DNA of 64,000 nucleotides from Yuukianura sp. NJ FZ-2021. Its lineage: Eukaryota. The notes beneath the pieces are model-generated. The model was not told the origin of the DNA. It saw nothing but the letters and a program-made list of their open reading frames with translations, and ran no database searches. Both the position numbers and the translations under genes were made by a program. The stretch lies in the NCBI GenBank assembly GCA_046563655.1, contig CM102283.1, forward strand, positions 868,001-932,000, read 5' to 3'. Positions 61,905 through 64,000 of the stretch are shown here, in pieces (the stretch's first letter is position 1; each line of letters begins with the position of its first letter).

Positions 61905-62108
61905 ACTGAATAGAGAATGAGCCAATTTGTAAAGACGGAAATTTTACACTACCAATGGTAGAGCAAATGGCAAATGAGCATAAAAAAACCTCATTCCTCT
62001 CCCTTCACTTTCATTTTCGACGGAAACCAAACCCACTGTACCCCTTTCAGACGGGGTTCACTATTCCACTGAACTATCGGATTCAACATTCCAGAAATTC
62101 CTGACGTG
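61905..62108 (+). repeat. Dispersed ~200-bp repeat, copy B
   Basis: Colinear diverged match to 49274-49475. Confidence 0.85.
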
Positions 62109-62295
62109 TAAACGACGTGTTAATTGAGATTTTTATCTCAATTATACAACCTTTGCGAGTTTGCCGAGTTCCACTAATAAGTTAAATTATATTAGTTATG
62201 TAATAATATTATACGTATAATGATGACAACATATAATATTTATATTTATGTATAGTTAAATATAATAGTTAAATAATATTGTCTTCTGTTTGTAA

Positions 62296-64000
62296 GTACA
62301 GCTCTCATCTAATTATTTTTCTTGAAACAGCCGTTGCTCGTGAGCAATCCAAAACCACGTGGCAACCGAATGGTCCGAAAGGAGCCGATCAAACTCATTC
62401 CAAAGCTGTGTCAAATGACGGGCGTCACGGAGTCGATGCGAGCTGACTACAACATGATGAAGGAGTCTGGCGTACTCAGCAGTTGGCAATTTTGCAGTAT
62501 CAAGCTATTGATGCGGATACTCAGATTCCGTAAGTCGTCAATTTCAAGTTGGTTGAAACGCTGAACCAAGGCGACCACCAGTTCAACCAGTAAATGGATT
62601 CCAGTTCTACAACAACGTGACTCGCACCTGTCTCCGTTTGCTTAAGCTCTAACAAATGGGCAGAAACTGCTTCGACCCGACTGCAGAAGTACTTCGAACT
62701 ACAGGATCAAGTTGTGGCTTGGATTCGTCACAACTTTGAGAAATCATGACCATGGAATGCTCTACTGCGTGGAGCCTACCAATAAGGTCATTTGGATTGA
62801 TACTGTTCGGCACATCATGAGACAAGTTTGACGAGACGCGACTCAGGTTGAATGCTGTTTTCAAAGCGGCCATCCAAGCAGAAGTAGTTGTGTCAATCGT
62901 AAGAATTTTTTTTTAAACTGAACCCTGCAATCGATTGAGGTACTCATGATGATTGATGATGATCACGTTTTTGTTGTTGAATTCAAGGTTTGGACGATGT
63001 ACAACAACCGGACTTACCGAGTCGACGACATTGAGTGGAACGAGAATCCGAATTCCACATTTGCTTCCCGAGATGGAACTCCGATAAGCTACGTCGACTA
63101 CTACAGCAAGTAAGTTGCAAGTTTTAAGAAAAGGGAATGCTTTGAATATCAAGTTAGAAATGGAATGCTGATTGAACTTATTATGTTTTGCAGGTACAGC
63201 TCTCATCTTATCACTTCCTTGCAACAGCCACTGCTCGTGAGCACTCCAAAACCACGTGACATCTGAATCGGCCGAACGGAACGAGAGTGAGCACATCACT
63301 CGCTATGGAAGCAACGGAAACGGCAGTGAAAACGGTAATAGAAATTGAAATGGAAACGGGAATGGACTTGTCTACAGGAATGGCAACGGAAACGGCGGTG
63401 ATGATGACGACGACATATTGGGACGGGACGGTCATTAGCTGGCAGCTCGGGCTTAAGTTTTGGCTAGAAGTATGGATCGCTACGACTTCATTTCTACGGT
63501 ATCTGGTTCCACTCCGACCACAGTCGGAACAGCTGGAACTAAGATCACATGCTTCTCCAAGTACTTCAGCTTCGTCACATCAGGAGAATGGTAAACGTTT
63601 ACTTCCTAATTCAATGTGTATAATAATGTAATTCACTTTACATAATAATTATTTATTTTTTAGGCAAATGTACCATTACAAAGTGGATTTCGAGCCTGTT
63701 GCTGACGATACGAGAGTCCGACGGAACGTCATGTGTCCTTTACGAGGTGTTCTAGGCCACAGTTGGTTGATACGTCGAACCCAGGCGACCCCTAGTTCAT
63801 CCAGTTCTACAACAACGTCTCTCGCACTTGCTCCGTTTGCAACAACTCTGTCAAGTGGGCAGAGACTACTTCGACCCGTCTGCGGAAGTAGTCATTTCGG
63901 ACTACAGGATCAAGTTGTGACTCGGATTCGTCACGATACTGCGTAATCATGACCATGGAATGTTCTACTACGTGGAGCTGACCAACAAGGTCATTGGGAT
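62296..64000 (+). pseudogene. Rearranged, duplicated Piwi-clade Argonaute pseudogene fragments (N, L1, PAZ, start of L2)
   Basis: PAZ segments [32 protein letters not shown] and QPLLVS...LIPKLCQMTGVTESMRADYNMMKE. N-domain GTAGTKITCFSKYF, YHYKVDFEPVADDTRVRR and QFYN..RTCL...GRNCFDP. L1 segment IKLWLGFVTTLRNHDHGMLYCVEPTNKVI. Stops and frameshifts throughout; introns retained. Confidence 0.85.

Noticed and set aside
62649-62873. Minus-strand ORF as Piwi MID domain
   Set aside because: Plus-strand frames give clear N/L1 motifs, so the minus-strand ORF is a shadow.

Overview
This window is eukaryotic, AT-rich arthropod DNA with short GT-AG introns. The expanded intronless IRs, EB-module protein and TTAGG-containing repeats suggest a hexapod such as a springtail, but that is inference. 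Host genes: two tandem kynurenine aminotransferase-like genes (+), a single-exon secreted Cys-rich EB-module protein (+), a two-exon orphan membrane-protein model spanning a ~17.8 kb intron (-), a matrix metalloproteinase (-), a multi-C2H2 zinc-finger gene with an apparent frameshift (-), DENND5/Rab6IP1 (-), and two tandem divergent ionotropic receptors (-), one frameshifted. The window ends in scrambled, duplicated Piwi pseudogene fragments (+). Repeats: a triply nested satellite (474-bp array interrupted by a 210-bp array interrupted by a 192-bp array), a 3.3 kb gag-only LTR element inside a DINE-1/HINE-like element, a ~110-bp mini-HINE and several palindromic MITEs. There is a 100-N assembly gap at 32942-33041. 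Exon boundaries and family calls were made by eye, without database searches.
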